Shown piece by piece: positions 18,175 to 28,377 of a stretch of 64,000 nt of DNA. Location of the stretch: contig JBEKUJ010000020.1 of the NCBI GenBank assembly GCA_049515135.1, positions 257 through 64,256 on the forward strand. Direction: 5' to 3'. The notes beneath the pieces are model-generated. The model was not told where the DNA came from and did not search any database. It saw nothing but the letters and a program-made list of their open reading frames with translations. The number at the start of each line of letters is the position of its first letter. The stretch's first letter is position 1. The translations under genes and the position numbers were made by a program. This stretch comes from Spirochaetia bacterium. GTDB lineage: Bacteria; Spirochaetota; Spirochaetia; SZUA-6; Fen-1364.

Positions 18175-19592
18175 AATCAGCCGTCGCTCCCGCACTGAAA
18201 GGGAGCGAGCTCACGCCGCGGGAGATCGTGGCGGAGCTGGACAGGTACATCATAGGGCAGGATAAGGCGAAGAAGGCGGTGGCAATCGCCCTTCGGAACC
18301 GCCTGCGTCGTCAGCGACTTCCCGAAGAGCTGCGTGACGAAGTGGCGCCCAAGAACATCATCATGATCGGTCCCACGGGGGTCGGAAAGACTGAGATCGC
18401 GCGCCGGCTCTCAAAGCTCTGCGGCGCTCCGTTCATCAAGGTGGAGGCCACGAAGTACACGGAGGTCGGGTACGTGGGCCGCGACGTGGAGTCGATGGTC
18501 CGGGACCTCGTGTCCGTTGCCGTTTCCATGGTGAAGTCCGAGCTTGCTGAGGACGTACGGGAAGAAGCGGAGCGCCGGGCTGAGGAGTCTCTTCTGGATC
18601 TGCTCCTCCCCGGGGCAAAACAGTCCCGACGTCCCGACGCGGAAGAGCCCGCGGAGGTCCAGGACGTCCTTGGCTCGACGGTGCCCGCCATGGAGGGAGC
18701 GGACCAGGGACCCGGGCACGGAACCAGGGAGAAGCTCCGCCAGATGCTCACCCAAGGGCTCCTGGACGAGCGCCTGGTCGAGGTCAGCGTGACGCGCAGC
18801 GCCATGCCGATGATGGAGATCTTTTCCGGCACCAGCATGGAGGACATGGAGCTGAACTTCGGAAACCTCGGCTCGATCTTCGGGGGGAAGAAGAAGCGGA
18901 AAAAAGTCACGGTGCGGCAGGCCCGCGAGATTCTGCTCAACGAGGAAATGGACAAGCTGGTGGACATGGACCGGGTCTCGGAGCTGGCCCGAAGCCGCGT
19001 GGAGGAGATGGGGATCATCTTCATCGACGAGATCGACAAGATCGCTTCCCGCGGGGAAAAGGTCGGCATCGACGTGTCTCGTGAGGGGGTCCAACGGGAC
19101 ATCCTTCCCATCGTGGAAGGGTCAAAAGTGAACACACGGCACGGAATCGTCGACACCCGGCACGTCCTCTTCATTGCCGCCGGCGCCTTCCACATGAGCA
19201 AGCCTTCCGACCTCATCCCCGAGCTGCAGGGACGGTTTCCGCTGCGCGTGGAGCTGTCGGCACTGACAAAGGAGGATTTCGTGAAGATCCTCACCCAGCC
19301 CAAGAACGCGCTGATCACGCAGTACACGGAGCTCCTGAAAACCGAGGGCGTTGCCCTGGAGTTCAAGCCGGAGGCAATCGACAGGATCGCGGAGCTGGCT
19401 ACGGAGGTGAACTCGCGCTCGGAAAACATCGGGGCGCGGAGGCTCCATACGATCATGGAGCTTCTCCTTGAGGAGGTCTCCTTCCACGCCCCTGAGATCC
19501 AGGGCCAGACAATATCGATCACCCGGGGGTACGTGGATGAGAAGCTTTCCAATGTCGTGGAGGACCAGGATTTGACGAGGTACATATTGTAG
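18171..19592 (+). CDS. hslU: ATP-dependent protease ATPase subunit HslU
   Basis: [31 protein letters not shown], Walker [15 protein letters not shown], Walker [29 protein letters not shown]. Confidence 0.96.
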   Translation: MKSAVAPALKGSELTPREIVAELDRYIIGQDKAKKAVAIALRNRLRRQRLPEELRDEVAPKNIIMIGPTGVGKTEIARRLSKLCGAPFIKVEATKYTEVGYVGRDVESMVRDLVSVAVSMVKSELAEDVREEAERRAEESLLDLLLPGAKQSRRPDAEEPAEVQDVLGSTVPAMEGADQGPGHGTREKLRQMLTQGLLDERLVEVSVTRSAMPMMEIFSGTSMEDMELNFGNLGSIFGGKKKRKKVTVRQAREILLNEEMDKLVDMDRVSELARSRVEEMGIIFIDEIDKIASRGEKVGIDVSREGVQRDILPIVEGSKVNTRHGIVDTRHVLFIAAGAFHMSKPSDLIPELQGRFPLRVELSALTKEDFVKILTQPKNALITQYTELLKTEGVALEFKPEAIDRIAELATEVNSRSENIGARRLHTIMELLLEEVSFHAPEIQGQTISITRGYVDEKLSNVVEDQDLTRYIL

Positions 19593-19605
19593 CCAGGGAT
19601 GGCGA

Positions 19606-19654
19606 AGTCGGCCCGGCCGCGCGTTGCGCGGCCAGGATGGCCGAAAGGCCGACT
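19606..19654 (+). other. GC-rich nested stem-loop in the hslU-flgB spacer
   Basis: Outer stem AGTCGGCC (19606-19613) with GGCCGACT (19647-19654). Inner hairpin GGCCGCGC (19615-19622), loop GTT, GCGCGGCC (19626-19633). An alternative GGCC-GAAA-GGCC hairpin sits at 19639-19650. No U-tract. Confidence 0.4.
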
Positions 19655-19712
19655 GTGATGGCTCAGTGAGGCGTAGAAACTGACCGAAGATAAAGGGGAG
19701 AGGAAGACACGC

Positions 19713-20129
19713 ATGACTTTTTCCGGATCCTTTGGAAAAAACCTCGAAATCATGACCCGCGAGCTCGATGTGGCAGCGCTCCGACAGAACGTGATCGCCA
19801 ACAACATCGCCAACGCGGATACGCCCAACTTCAAGCGCAGCGTCGTGAACTTCGAGAGCCAGCTGCGGCGGGCCCTTGAATCCGAGAGAGCGCCGAAGTT
19901 CCCCCAGGCCATCACGGATCCCCGCGACATACCGTTCGACCGGCCCATCGACTGGATGCAGGTGAAACCGCGCCGCATCCTGGACTACCTCACGGAGGCG
20001 AAAAACAACGGGAACAACGTGGACATCGAGGAGGAAGGCACCAACGCCCTCACCAACCAGCTCCTTTATACCACCCTGGTCCAGGCCGTCACCAGCCAGA
20101 TCCAGGGCGTGAACATCGTGCTGAGGTAA
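19713..20129 (+). CDS. flgB: flagellar basal-body rod protein FlgB
   Basis: LRQNVIANNIANADTPNFKR N-terminal rod motif. 138 aa. First gene of the flagellar operon. Confidence 0.92.
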   Translation: MTFSGSFGKNLEIMTRELDVAALRQNVIANNIANADTPNFKRSVVNFESQLRRALESERAPKFPQAITDPRDIPFDRPIDWMQVKPRRILDYLTEAKNNGNNVDIEEEGTNALTNQLLYTTLVQAVTSQIQGVNIVLR

Positions 20130-20133
20130 GACC

Positions 20134-20592
20134 ATGGGTATGTTCAGCAGCATCACAATAGCAGCATCGGGGCTCACGGCTGAAAAGCTGCGCCTCGACG
20201 TGATTGCCGACAACATTGCGAACGTCAACACAACCCGCACTACTGAGGGAGGCCCCTTCAGGAGGAGCAGGGTGATTTTCCGCCCTCGCGTGGAGGAGCC
20301 GTACTGGCGCAGCCCCTTCCTTCCCAACTACCTCAAGGATGAGGTGGGAAAGGGCGTGCGCGTGGCCAAGGTGGAAAAGGACTACGCCGCCAATCCCCGG
20401 CTCGTATACGATCCCACGCACCCTGACGCCATCAAGACGGGCCCCCGCAAGGGCTACGTAGAGTTTCCCAACGTGAACATCGTGAACGAGATGGTGGACA
20501 TGATAGCCGCGTCGCGCTCCTACGAGGCGAACTCCGCTGTCATCAATGCGACGAAGGCCATGTTCATGAAGGCCCTCGAGATAGGGAGATGA
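20134..20592 (+). CDS. flgC: flagellar basal-body rod protein FlgC
   Basis: ASGLTAEKLRLDVIADNIANVNTT and the C-terminal NVNIVNEMVDMIAASRSYEANSAVINA motif. Confidence 0.95.
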   Translation: MGMFSSITIAASGLTAEKLRLDVIADNIANVNTTRTTEGGPFRRSRVIFRPRVEEPYWRSPFLPNYLKDEVGKGVRVAKVEKDYAANPRLVYDPTHPDAIKTGPRKGYVEFPNVNIVNEMVDMIAASRSYEANSAVINATKAMFMKALEIGR

Positions 20593-20595
20593 TGA

Positions 20596-20922
20596 ATGAG
20601 TGATCCTATCCAGGCATATGGCGACGTCGTACGGCTGGCGCGGACCGACCCGCATCACATAGCGGGAATGGGGGAGCAGACGGCCGCGGCGGCCGGGCCC
20701 GAGCGTTCCTTCGGCGATATGTTGTTGGGCGCGCTTGGCAGCGTCAACGACAGCCAGCTCAAGAGCATGGACCTCACGCAGCAGATGATCACGAACCCGG
20801 ACTCGGTGAACGTGCAGGACGTGACCATTGCGCTGGCTGAGGCCAACCTGGCGCTCTCCATGACCAAGTCAATCGTGGACAGGGCGCTTGCGGCATACAG
20901 AGAGATCATCAACGTACGGTAA
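20596..20922 (+). CDS. fliE: flagellar hook-basal body complex protein FliE
   Basis: 108 aa. FGDMLLGALGSVNDSQ.. and the C-terminal VTIALAEANLALSMTKSIVDRALAAYREIINV pattern. Position follows flgC. Confidence 0.9.
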   Translation: MSDPIQAYGDVVRLARTDPHHIAGMGEQTAAAAGPERSFGDMLLGALGSVNDSQLKSMDLTQQMITNPDSVNVQDVTIALAEANLALSMTKSIVDRALAAYREIINVR

Positions 20923-20962
20923 GCAAGGGGAAGCAGGGCAAAGGGCATGACAGGGAGGGGAC

Positions 20963-22663
20963 ATGAACGAGTGGTGGAAGCGGATCCGTGAGCAGCTTGC
21001 CGGGCTGTGGGCCCGGTGGAATACGACCCAGAAGGTCGTCCTATTCTCGATCATCGGCGCGGGCATCCTGGCCGTGATACTGCTGTTCACGTTCAGCGCG
21101 GCGCCATCCATGGTGCCGCTCATTTCGAACCCGATCACCGACACCGACGCGCGGCTGCAGATAGCAGCCAAGCTCGATGAGATGGGCGTCAAGTACCAGC
21201 TGCGCCCGGATAACATCTTCTACGTTGCCGATGACAAAACCGCGCGCCATGTCAGGGTGGTCCTCAACGAGGAGAACATGATTCCCAAGGGCACCGACCC
21301 GTGGGCCCTGTTCGACATGGAGCGCTGGACCACGACGGATTTCGAACGCGACGTCAACCTCCAGCGCGCGGTCACAAAGCAGCTGGAGCAGCACATACGT
21401 GCTCTCGACGACGTTGACAACGTCAGCGTCACGCTGGTCGTGCCCAAGACCGAGCTGTTCACGGCGGACCAGAAGCCGACCACGGCTTCCGTCATCATCA
21501 CGCCGAAGCCCGGCTCTGACTTTTCGACCAACCGCAAGAAAATCATGGGGGTTCAGCGACTGATTCAGCTCGCGGTGGCGGGGCTGAAGCCTGAGGACAT
21601 CGTCATCACGGACAATTCCGGAATGCAGATCAACGATTTTGCGGGCCTCGAGCAGGTGGACAGGCTGGAGCTGGCAAAACGGGAGCTGAAGGTAAAGCAG
21701 GAGCTGGAGGCCAAGTACAACGGGGATATCACCGAAGCCCTCCGCGACATCTTCAGCCCGGACCGGGTGCGGATCCTCAAGATCGACATCAAGCTCGACA
21801 TGAGCAAGGTGTCCTCCACGGCGGAGGAGTTCTCCCCCATCGCCGTCGAGCCTGCCACCCGGTTCACCCCCCCCAAGTACGCGCCTTCCATCGCCAGGTC
21901 CACGCAGAGCATCGAGGAGCATTTCCAGGGCACAGGGTTCAATCCCGAAGGGCCTCCGGGGCAGGAGGGACAGACCCCACCGGCGTACAAGGACCTGTCG
22001 AACCTGGTGGGCAAGTACGACAAGAGCTCACAGACCACCAATAATGAGATCAACAAGAAAGTCACCAATGAAGAGAAGCAGCCCTGGGAGATCCAGAGGA
22101 TCACCACGGGAGTGGCCATTGACGGGGTTTGGAGGGTAAAATACGACCAGAAGGGCCAGGTAATGCTCAATTCGGACGGAAGCATCCAGCGCGAGTACAC
22201 CCCTGTCTCTGATGACGACCTAGCCAAGGCAAAGGCCCTCATCCAGGGCGCCATCGGCTTCGAGCGGGACCGCGGCGACAACGTGGAGGTGCAGTCGATC
22301 CAGTTCGACCGCAGCGCCCAGTTCGAAAAGGAAGACTCCGTGTTCCGTCATGCAATGGCGGTCCGCAGGACCATCTACATGGTCCTGATCGGAATCGGGG
22401 CCGTTCTTCTCCTGGTGATCGCCTATCGCCTCATAGCCAAGGAAGCAGAGAGGCACAGGCGGCTGCGTGAGGAAGAGCTTGCCCGGCAGCACCAGGCCAT
22501 GCGCGAGGCCGCGCTGCGCACGGCGGAGGAGCAGGGAGTGGAAGTGGAGCTTTCCGTTGAGGACAGGGCCCGTCTGGAGATGCAGGAGAACGCCGTGAAC
22601 ATGGCGCGCGAGCATCCAGAGGACGTGGCGCAGCTCATTCGTACCTGGCTCGTGGAGGAGTAA
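20963..22663 (+). CDS. fliF: flagellar MS-ring protein FliF
   Basis: 566 aa. N-terminal TM (VVLFSIIGAGILAVILLF), YscJ/FliF domain (LVVPKTELFTADQKPTTASVII) and a C-terminal TM plus FliG-binding tail (VAQLIRTWLVEE). Confidence 0.93.
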   Translation: MNEWWKRIREQLAGLWARWNTTQKVVLFSIIGAGILAVILLFTFSAAPSMVPLISNPITDTDARLQIAAKLDEMGVKYQLRPDNIFYVADDKTARHVRVVLNEENMIPKGTDPWALFDMERWTTTDFERDVNLQRAVTKQLEQHIRALDDVDNVSVTLVVPKTELFTADQKPTTASVIITPKPGSDFSTNRKKIMGVQRLIQLAVAGLKPEDIVITDNSGMQINDFAGLEQVDRLELAKRELKVKQELEAKYNGDITEALRDIFSPDRVRILKIDIKLDMSKVSSTAEEFSPIAVEPATRFTPPKYAPSIARSTQSIEEHFQGTGFNPEGPPGQEGQTPPAYKDLSNLVGKYDKSSQTTNNEINKKVTNEEKQPWEIQRITTGVAIDGVWRVKYDQKGQVMLNSDGSIQREYTPVSDDDLAKAKALIQGAIGFERDRGDNVEVQSIQFDRSAQFEKEDSVFRHAMAVRRTIYMVLIGIGAVLLLVIAYRLIAKEAERHRRLREEELARQHQAMREAALRTAEEQGVEVELSVEDRARLEMQENAVNMAREHPEDVAQLIRTWLVEE

Positions 22664-22666
22664 GGG

Positions 22667-23782
22667 ATGGCAAAGCAGCTCAGACCGGCCGCGCCGCCGC
22701 GCGAGAAGCCGGATGCCCAGATACCCGCAGGCGGTCAGGCGCAGGCGAGGCGGGAAGCCCCCAAGGGGGCCGGGGCCCACAAGAAAGCCCTCACCGGCAG
22801 GCAGAAGGCCGCCGTGTTCCTTGTCACCCTGGGATCGGAGATCGCATCGGAGATCTTCAAGCACCTCAGGGAAGACGAGATTGAGCAGCTCACCTTCGAG
22901 ATAGCCCGCCTGGAGAGCATCGAGCCCCAGGAGCGGGACCTGGTCCTGATGGAGTTCCACGAGCTGATGATGGCGCAGGAGTTCATCTCCACGGGCGGCA
23001 TCGACTATGCCCGCGAGCTGCTGGAAAAGTCTCTCGGCACGCAAAAGGCCGTGGACATCATCAACAGGCTCACAAGCTCCCTGCAGGTGCGGCCCTTCGA
23101 TTTCATCCGCCGGACAGACCCTTCACACCTCCTGAACTTCATCCAGCAGGAACACCCCCAGACCATCGCCCTGATCCTGGCGTATCTGGAGCCGCAGAAG
23201 GCCTCCATCATCCTGGGAAGCCTGCCGCACGAGATCCAGTCTGACGTTGCCAAACGGATTGCCACCATGGACCGGACCTCTCCTGAAGTGCTTCGGGAGG
23301 TGGAGCGGGTGCTGGAAAAGAAGCTTTCCACGCTGTCCTCTGAGGACTACACGGCAGCCGGCGGCGTTGAGAGCATCGTGGAGATCCTCAACATGGTTGA
23401 CCGGTCCACGGAGAAGACCATCGTGGAGAGCCTGGAGGAGGACGACCCGGAGCTTGCGGAAGAGATCAAGAAGCGCATGTTCGTGTTCGAGGACATAGTC
23501 CTCCTGGACGACCGCGCAATCCAGAAGGTCCTGCGCGAGGTGGATACTGCAGAGCTGGCAAAGGCCCTGAAGAGCGTTGATTCAGAGGTCCAGGACAAGA
23601 TCTACCGCAACATGTCCAAGCGCGCGTCCACGCTGCTGAAAGAGGACATGGATTATATGGGTCCGATCCGTCTGAAGGACGTGGAAGAGGCCCAGCAGAG
23701 GATTGTCGCCATCATCAGGAAGCTCGAGGAGCAGGGCGAGATCGTGGTTGCCCGCGCCGGAGAGGAAGAGCTGGTCGTTTAA
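22667..23782 (+). CDS. fliG: flagellar motor switch protein FliG
   Basis: LTGRQKAAVFLVTLGSEIASEIFKHL, EHPQTIALILAYL, MFVFEDIVLLDDRAIQKVLREVD, and torque-helix region RASTLLKEDM. Carries a ~40-aa low-complexity N-terminal extension. Confidence 0.95.
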   Translation: MAKQLRPAAPPREKPDAQIPAGGQAQARREAPKGAGAHKKALTGRQKAAVFLVTLGSEIASEIFKHLREDEIEQLTFEIARLESIEPQERDLVLMEFHELMMAQEFISTGGIDYARELLEKSLGTQKAVDIINRLTSSLQVRPFDFIRRTDPSHLLNFIQQEHPQTIALILAYLEPQKASIILGSLPHEIQSDVAKRIATMDRTSPEVLREVERVLEKKLSTLSSEDYTAAGGVESIVEILNMVDRSTEKTIVESLEEDDPELAEEIKKRMFVFEDIVLLDDRAIQKVLREVDTAELAKALKSVDSEVQDKIYRNMSKRASTLLKEDMDYMGPIRLKDVEEAQQRIVAIIRKLEEQGEIVVARAGEEELVV

Positions 23783-23810
23783 AACGGCCACGGGAGAGGT
23801 GGTGTAAGGA

Positions 23811-24731
23811 ATGGCAAAGAACGTCTTCAAGCCGGCAGAGATCATGTACCTCTCCCGCAAGGTCTTCATCGAGCCGCCCAGGATCGTGACTGAGGAGGCC
23901 GTGGAGGAAGCCGCACCGGCCGAGGAGGAGCGGGGAGAATACTCCGGCCCGACCGTGGACGACCTTCGGCGGGAGGCCGAGCAGTTCCGAAAGGACTGGG
24001 AAGCTGAAAAAGAGCGCATGCTCGCCCAGGCCCAGGGGGAGGCGGAGAAGATCAAGAAGGAGGCGGAGAAGGTCGCCTTCGATGAGGTCAAGCGGAAGAA
24101 CAACCAGGCCCAGAAGATCCGACAGGACGCGGAGGACCAGGCACAGGTCATCCTGGCGGAGGCCAAGACCAAGGCCGCTGAGCTGGAGAACGAGATCAAG
24201 GCCCGGATCACGCAGACAGAGCGGGAGGCCTACGAGAAGGGACACGCGGACGGCCACGCCAAGGGTTACGACGAGGGCAAGGCGGAGGTGGCGCGTCTTG
24301 TGGACAGTCTTCACACCATCATCACGAAGGCCATCGAGAAGCGCAACGAGATCATTGAAGAGGCGGAAACGCAGATCATCAACCTGGTCCTCCTCATCGT
24401 GAAAAAGGTCATCAAGGTCATCTCGGAGAACCAGAAGAACGTGGTCATCAACAACGTCGTGCAGGCCCTGCGCAAGCTCAAGAGCCGCGGCGATGTCGTC
24501 ATCCGCGTCAACCTTGCGGACCTGGAGCTGACATCCGAGCACGTGAAGGACTTCATGAAGATGGTGGAGAACGTCAAGTCCATCACGGTGCTGGAGGACT
24601 CCTCTGTGGACCGTGGAGGCTGCATCATCGAGACGGATTTCGGCCAGATCGATGCGCGCATCTCCTCCCAGCTGCACGAGATCGAGGAGCGCATCCTCGA
24701 GCTCATGCCCATCCGGTCGAAGGGCGAATAG
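23811..24731 (+). CDS. fliH: flagellar assembly protein FliH
   Basis: Long E/K/A-rich coiled coil followed by a FliH C-terminal domain (VIRVNLADLE...GGCIIETDFGQIDARISSQL). Sits between fliG and fliI. Confidence 0.85.
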   Translation: MAKNVFKPAEIMYLSRKVFIEPPRIVTEEAVEEAAPAEEERGEYSGPTVDDLRREAEQFRKDWEAEKERMLAQAQGEAEKIKKEAEKVAFDEVKRKNNQAQKIRQDAEDQAQVILAEAKTKAAELENEIKARITQTEREAYEKGHADGHAKGYDEGKAEVARLVDSLHTIITKAIEKRNEIIEEAETQIINLVLLIVKKVIKVISENQKNVVINNVVQALRKLKSRGDVVIRVNLADLELTSEHVKDFMKMVENVKSITVLEDSSVDRGGCIIETDFGQIDARISSQLHEIEERILELMPIRSKGE

Positions 24732-24740
24732 GGGGGAGGG

Positions 24741-26108
24741 ATGGGAGTCTTCGACAAGTACACCGCACGCCTTGAGGACCTGGACCCCATCAAGTTCACC
24801 GGGGTCGTCGAGAGAGTGCAGGGGCTCCTGGTGGAAAGCCTGGGGCCGGCGGCGCAGGTGGGCGAGCTGTGCCAGATCCTGGTGCCCCGGGGCAGGGGCG
24901 TTGTCTGGGCCGAGGTCGTGGGGCTGCGGGGGAAGACCGTCCAGCTCATGCCCTACGACGAGATGGAAGGGATCGAGATCGGCAACATGGTGATCGGCAT
25001 GGGAGAGGCACTCCGCGTGCCGGTTTCGGAGAAGCTTCTTGGCAGGACCCTGGACTCCATGGGCAAACCCATCGACGGCAGGGGCGATGTCGGCTCAGAC
25101 GAATGGTACCCGGCTTTCAACACTCCCCCGGACGTCCTGAAGCGGAGGCGCATCCGGGAGATCATCACCACAGGGATTCGCTCCATTGACGGACTTCTCA
25201 CCGTCGGAAAGGGACAGCGCATGGGGATCTTCTCGGGGAGCGGAATCGGGAAGTCCACGCTCCTCGGAATGATTGCGCGCAACACCTCCGCGGACGTGAA
25301 TGTCATCGCTCTGATTGGAGAGCGGGGCCGCGAGGTTCGCGAGTTCATTGAGAACGACCTTGGTCCTGAGGGCCTTGCCCGGTCGGTGATCGTCGTCTCC
25401 TCGTCCAACAAGCCGCCTCTTGCCAGGATCCGCGGCGCCTATGTCGCAACCGCCATCGCGGAGTACTTCCGGGACAGCGGCAAGGACGTGATGCTCCTGT
25501 TCGATTCGGTCACGAGGTTCGCCAGGGCGCAGCGGGAGATCGGGCTTGCCATTGGCGAGCCCCCGGCCAACCGGGGCTTCACCCCGTCGGTTTTTTCCCT
25601 TCTGCCCAAGCTGCTGGAGCGCAGCGGCACCTCGGACAAGGGAAGCATCACGGGCTTCTACACGATCCTGGTGGAAGGAGACGACATCGATGACCCGGTC
25701 TCGGACAACGTCCGGGGAATCCTCGACGGCCACATCGTTCTCACGCGCAAGCTGGCCAGCCGCAACCACTACCCGGCCGTGGACGTGCTGCAGTCCATTT
25801 CGCGACTTGCGGTCCATGTCACCGGGCCGCAGACCAAGGAAGCAAGCGGGTACATCAAGAGGATGATGGCCACCTATGCCGGCGCCGAGGACCTGATCAG
25901 CGTGGGCGCCTACGTGAAGGGCAGCAACGCTGAAATCGACGAGGCCATAGAGAAGATGCCCGCTATTGACCAGTTTCTCAGGCAGCGCATCGAGGAGAAG
26001 GCGTCGCTTTCGGAAACCTTGAAGCGAGCCGGAGAAATCGCAGGCATCGAGATCCCCGGCCAGGAACAGGGGGCTGGCGCGAATGAGGCGGTTCCAGTTC
26101 AGGCTTGA
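24741..26108 (+). CDS. fliI: flagellum-specific ATPase FliI
   Basis: Walker A GSGIGKSTLLGMI, Walker B VMLLFDSVTRFA, TGFYTILVEGDD, HYPAVDVLQSISR. Confidence 0.96.
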   Translation: MGVFDKYTARLEDLDPIKFTGVVERVQGLLVESLGPAAQVGELCQILVPRGRGVVWAEVVGLRGKTVQLMPYDEMEGIEIGNMVIGMGEALRVPVSEKLLGRTLDSMGKPIDGRGDVGSDEWYPAFNTPPDVLKRRRIREIITTGIRSIDGLLTVGKGQRMGIFSGSGIGKSTLLGMIARNTSADVNVIALIGERGREVREFIENDLGPEGLARSVIVVSSSNKPPLARIRGAYVATAIAEYFRDSGKDVMLLFDSVTRFARAQREIGLAIGEPPANRGFTPSVFSLLPKLLERSGTSDKGSITGFYTILVEGDDIDDPVSDNVRGILDGHIVLTRKLASRNHYPAVDVLQSISRLAVHVTGPQTKEASGYIKRMMATYAGAEDLISVGAYVKGSNAEIDEAIEKMPAIDQFLRQRIEEKASLSETLKRAGEIAGIEIPGQEQGAGANEAVPVQA

Positions 26109-26583
26109 GCGCTTCCTGGAGCTGCGGCGCTGGAAGGAGCGCGAGTGGGAGCTGGCCCTGGCAAAAGTGCTGGGCGAATGCCTCCTTCTGGAGAGGCGGA
26201 TCGCGGAGATCGCGCGCGAAGTCTCGGCGAGCTTCCTGTCGGTGTTCCGCACGGGGACCAGCGTCGACATGGATTTCATGATGCGGCGCGAGCTCTATGT
26301 GCAGAGGTTGGCCCGGGAGAAAGAGCGCACGGAAGCGGCCCTTGCGGAGAAACGGACCGAGCTGGAGCAGGTGCGCGCCAAGTACTTGGAAGCCGCGCGG
26401 GCCCGCAAGGTGCTGGACAAGCTGAAGGACCGCCAGGCTGCCGCATCCTACGAGCGTCAGATCGACGAAGAGTTCAAGACCATCGACGATATCAATACCG
26501 CGGCGGCGACGCGGCGGGAAGTGGTGCGGGAGTACCCGCTCGGCGCGGACGCCGTAAGGAGCGCCAATGGCAGAGTTCAGTGA
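26083..26583 (+). CDS. fliJ: flagellar export chaperone FliJ
   Basis: 166-aa all-coiled-coil protein (FQFRLERFLELRRWKEREWELALAKV..) overlapping the fliI end by 26 nt. Canonical position. Confidence 0.75.
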   Translation: MRRFQFRLERFLELRRWKEREWELALAKVLGECLLLERRIAEIAREVSASFLSVFRTGTSVDMDFMMRRELYVQRLAREKERTEAALAEKRTELEQVRAKYLEAARARKVLDKLKDRQAAASYERQIDEEFKTIDDINTAAATRREVVREYPLGADAVRSANGRVQ

Positions 26584-27190
26584 GGTTCGGCCGGGGTCGC
26601 GGATCTTCATTCTCTTTCTTCTCCTCGTCGTTCTCACCCTGGGAGGGCTGATCTGGTTCGACTACCTCGGGATCATCGACGCAAGAGCAATCCTTGCCCC
26701 TGTCTACCAGACCCTGGGTGTCCAGAGACGCAACGCAGTGGCCGGCGCGGACGACCCGAACCTCCTGGACAAGGAGCGTCTCTCCAAGGAGGCCGATGCC
26801 CTTGCCCTGCGGCAGCAGGACCTGGAAACGAAGGAGACCGGCCTCGCGAAGAAAGAGAAGGAGCTCAACCAGCTGGGGCAGGACCTCAACGACAAGGAAG
26901 CGGCGCTGGGAGCCCGGGAAAAAGCATTTAATGACCGGGTGAAAGCGTTCGAGAATAGAAGGGTAAACCTCGAACAGAATGCGAGGTACCTGACCAGCAT
27001 GCCACCGACCAACGCGCGGGACATACTGATGAAAATGGACGACCAGGACGTGATCGACATTTTCAGGATCGTGGAAGCGCAGGCGCAGGCCAGCGGTCAG
27101 GATTCCCTGGTGCCTTACTGGCTGTCAATCATGCCGGCGGACAGGGCGGCCGTCTTGCAGCGCAAGATGGCCAGGAACACGGGAGGTTGA
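26567..27190 (+). CDS. flbB: FlbB-like flagellar protein (TM + coiled coil + MgtE_N-like domain)
   Basis: N-terminal TM (IFILFLLLVVLTLGGLIWF), coiled coil, and a C-terminal MgtE_N-like LTSMPPTNARDILMKMDDQDVIDIFRIVE..PYWLSIMPADRAAVLQRKM. Occupies the same slot as Borrelia flbB and Bacillus ylxF. Confidence 0.55.
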   Translation: MAEFSEVRPGSRIFILFLLLVVLTLGGLIWFDYLGIIDARAILAPVYQTLGVQRRNAVAGADDPNLLDKERLSKEADALALRQQDLETKETGLAKKEKELNQLGQDLNDKEAALGAREKAFNDRVKAFENRRVNLEQNARYLTSMPPTNARDILMKMDDQDVIDIFRIVEAQAQASGQDSLVPYWLSIMPADRAAVLQRKMARNTGG

Positions 27191-28368
27191 GGGTGCAGGC
27201 AGCAGCGCCGACGGCGCTCCTTGGAAAAGACTCGAAAGTCGGGAAGACCTCCACGAGGCATGGCGAGCAGGCGCGCGCCAAGACCGCATTCCAGGCAATA
27301 CTCGGAGCAAAGGCGGCCGCGACCCCCAAAGGGGACCCGGCATCCGCGGTCAGGAATGCGCTCCTCAAGGCGCTGGCCGGGACCTCGGCTGCAGACAAGA
27401 CCCATGCGGACGGATTGAAAAGCGCTCCTGGCAATTTCGGTCGGCTCACTGCCAAGATCCACGCCGGGGAACAGTTACTCAATCTGAAGGCCACGGCCGC
27501 CAAGGCAATCCTGGAAATGGACTCGGATGCGGGGGAAGACGGGAAGAACCTGAAGAAGAAGGCAGCACCCCGCCATGCGGACGGACTTCACGCGGGCGTC
27601 GCCCCGACTGCGGTCAACCTCGGCTTCAAGAGCCTCCAGAAGGCCGACCAGAACCGGGCAGAGGCCCCCAGGCTTGCAGTGCAGGAAAACGTGGCGCCGG
27701 TCTCCCACGCCGCGGCCCGAAAGGCCCCCGAGATCCGTGTTCACGTCGTGGACGCAAGAAAGAAACGGGATGCCGCGCCGGCAGAGGACCAGTCGGCGGC
27801 GGTGAAAGTGCAAAAGATTGGAACGCCTGACAGGGACGCGTCGCAGGCTCCTATCATCGCCAGGGATGGCGGAGCCCCTGATGCGACCATCCACGAGACC
27901 CGCAGGCAGAGCCCTCCGCCCACCGCGCCATTCACCAGCGGCCTGGAGCGCCTTCGGGAAATGGCGGGCTCGGAGCTCACGCGCGCGGCAGGGATAATAC
28001 TTCGCGACGGGGGAGGCGAGATAAAGCTCACCTTGAAGCCTGAGTCCCTGGGAAGCGTTCGCATCCGCATGAATCTTGTCGATAATGCCATTGAAGGCCG
28101 GATCATCGTGGACAACACCGCGGTAAAGCACGTTTTCGAGGGGAGCCTGGATTCGCTCATGAGGGCGCTCACCGCGGAGGGGTTCCAGACGGCTTCGCTT
28201 TCGGTTTCTGTCGGCGGGCAGGGCGCGGATAACGGAAGGCCCGACAGGGAGCCCGTGCCCCATGTTCGGCGGGCGAACGCCCCGGAGGGCGCGGCAGGGT
28301 TCGACTGGAATATGCCGGGGGTGGAAAGCATGAGCCTCGGCGATCTCCTGGTGAACCTGTTCGTGTAG
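27187..28368 (+). CDS. fliK: flagellar hook-length control protein FliK
   Basis: Disordered Ala/Lys/Pro-rich N-terminus. C-terminal Flg_hook domain (IKLTLKPESLGSVRIRMNLVDNAIEGRIIVDNTAVKHVFEGSLDSLMRALTAEGF). Start is TTG 27187 or GTG 27193. Confidence 0.8.
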   Translation: MRVQAAAPTALLGKDSKVGKTSTRHGEQARAKTAFQAILGAKAAATPKGDPASAVRNALLKALAGTSAADKTHADGLKSAPGNFGRLTAKIHAGEQLLNLKATAAKAILEMDSDAGEDGKNLKKKAAPRHADGLHAGVAPTAVNLGFKSLQKADQNRAEAPRLAVQENVAPVSHAAARKAPEIRVHVVDARKKRDAAPAEDQSAAVKVQKIGTPDRDASQAPIIARDGGAPDATIHETRRQSPPPTAPFTSGLERLREMAGSELTRAAGIILRDGGGEIKLTLKPESLGSVRIRMNLVDNAIEGRIIVDNTAVKHVFEGSLDSLMRALTAEGFQTASLSVSVGGQGADNGRPDREPVPHVRRANAPEGAAGFDWNMPGVESMSLGDLLVNLFV

Positions 28369-28377
28369 GAGGAAGAG

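Noticed and set aside
18311-19978. 555-aa minus-strand ORF covering all of hslU and part of flgB
   Set aside because: It lies entirely antisense to strongly supported genes. It has a Ser/Arg/Pro-rich composition with no motifs, as expected for stop-poor antisense frames in high-GC DNA.
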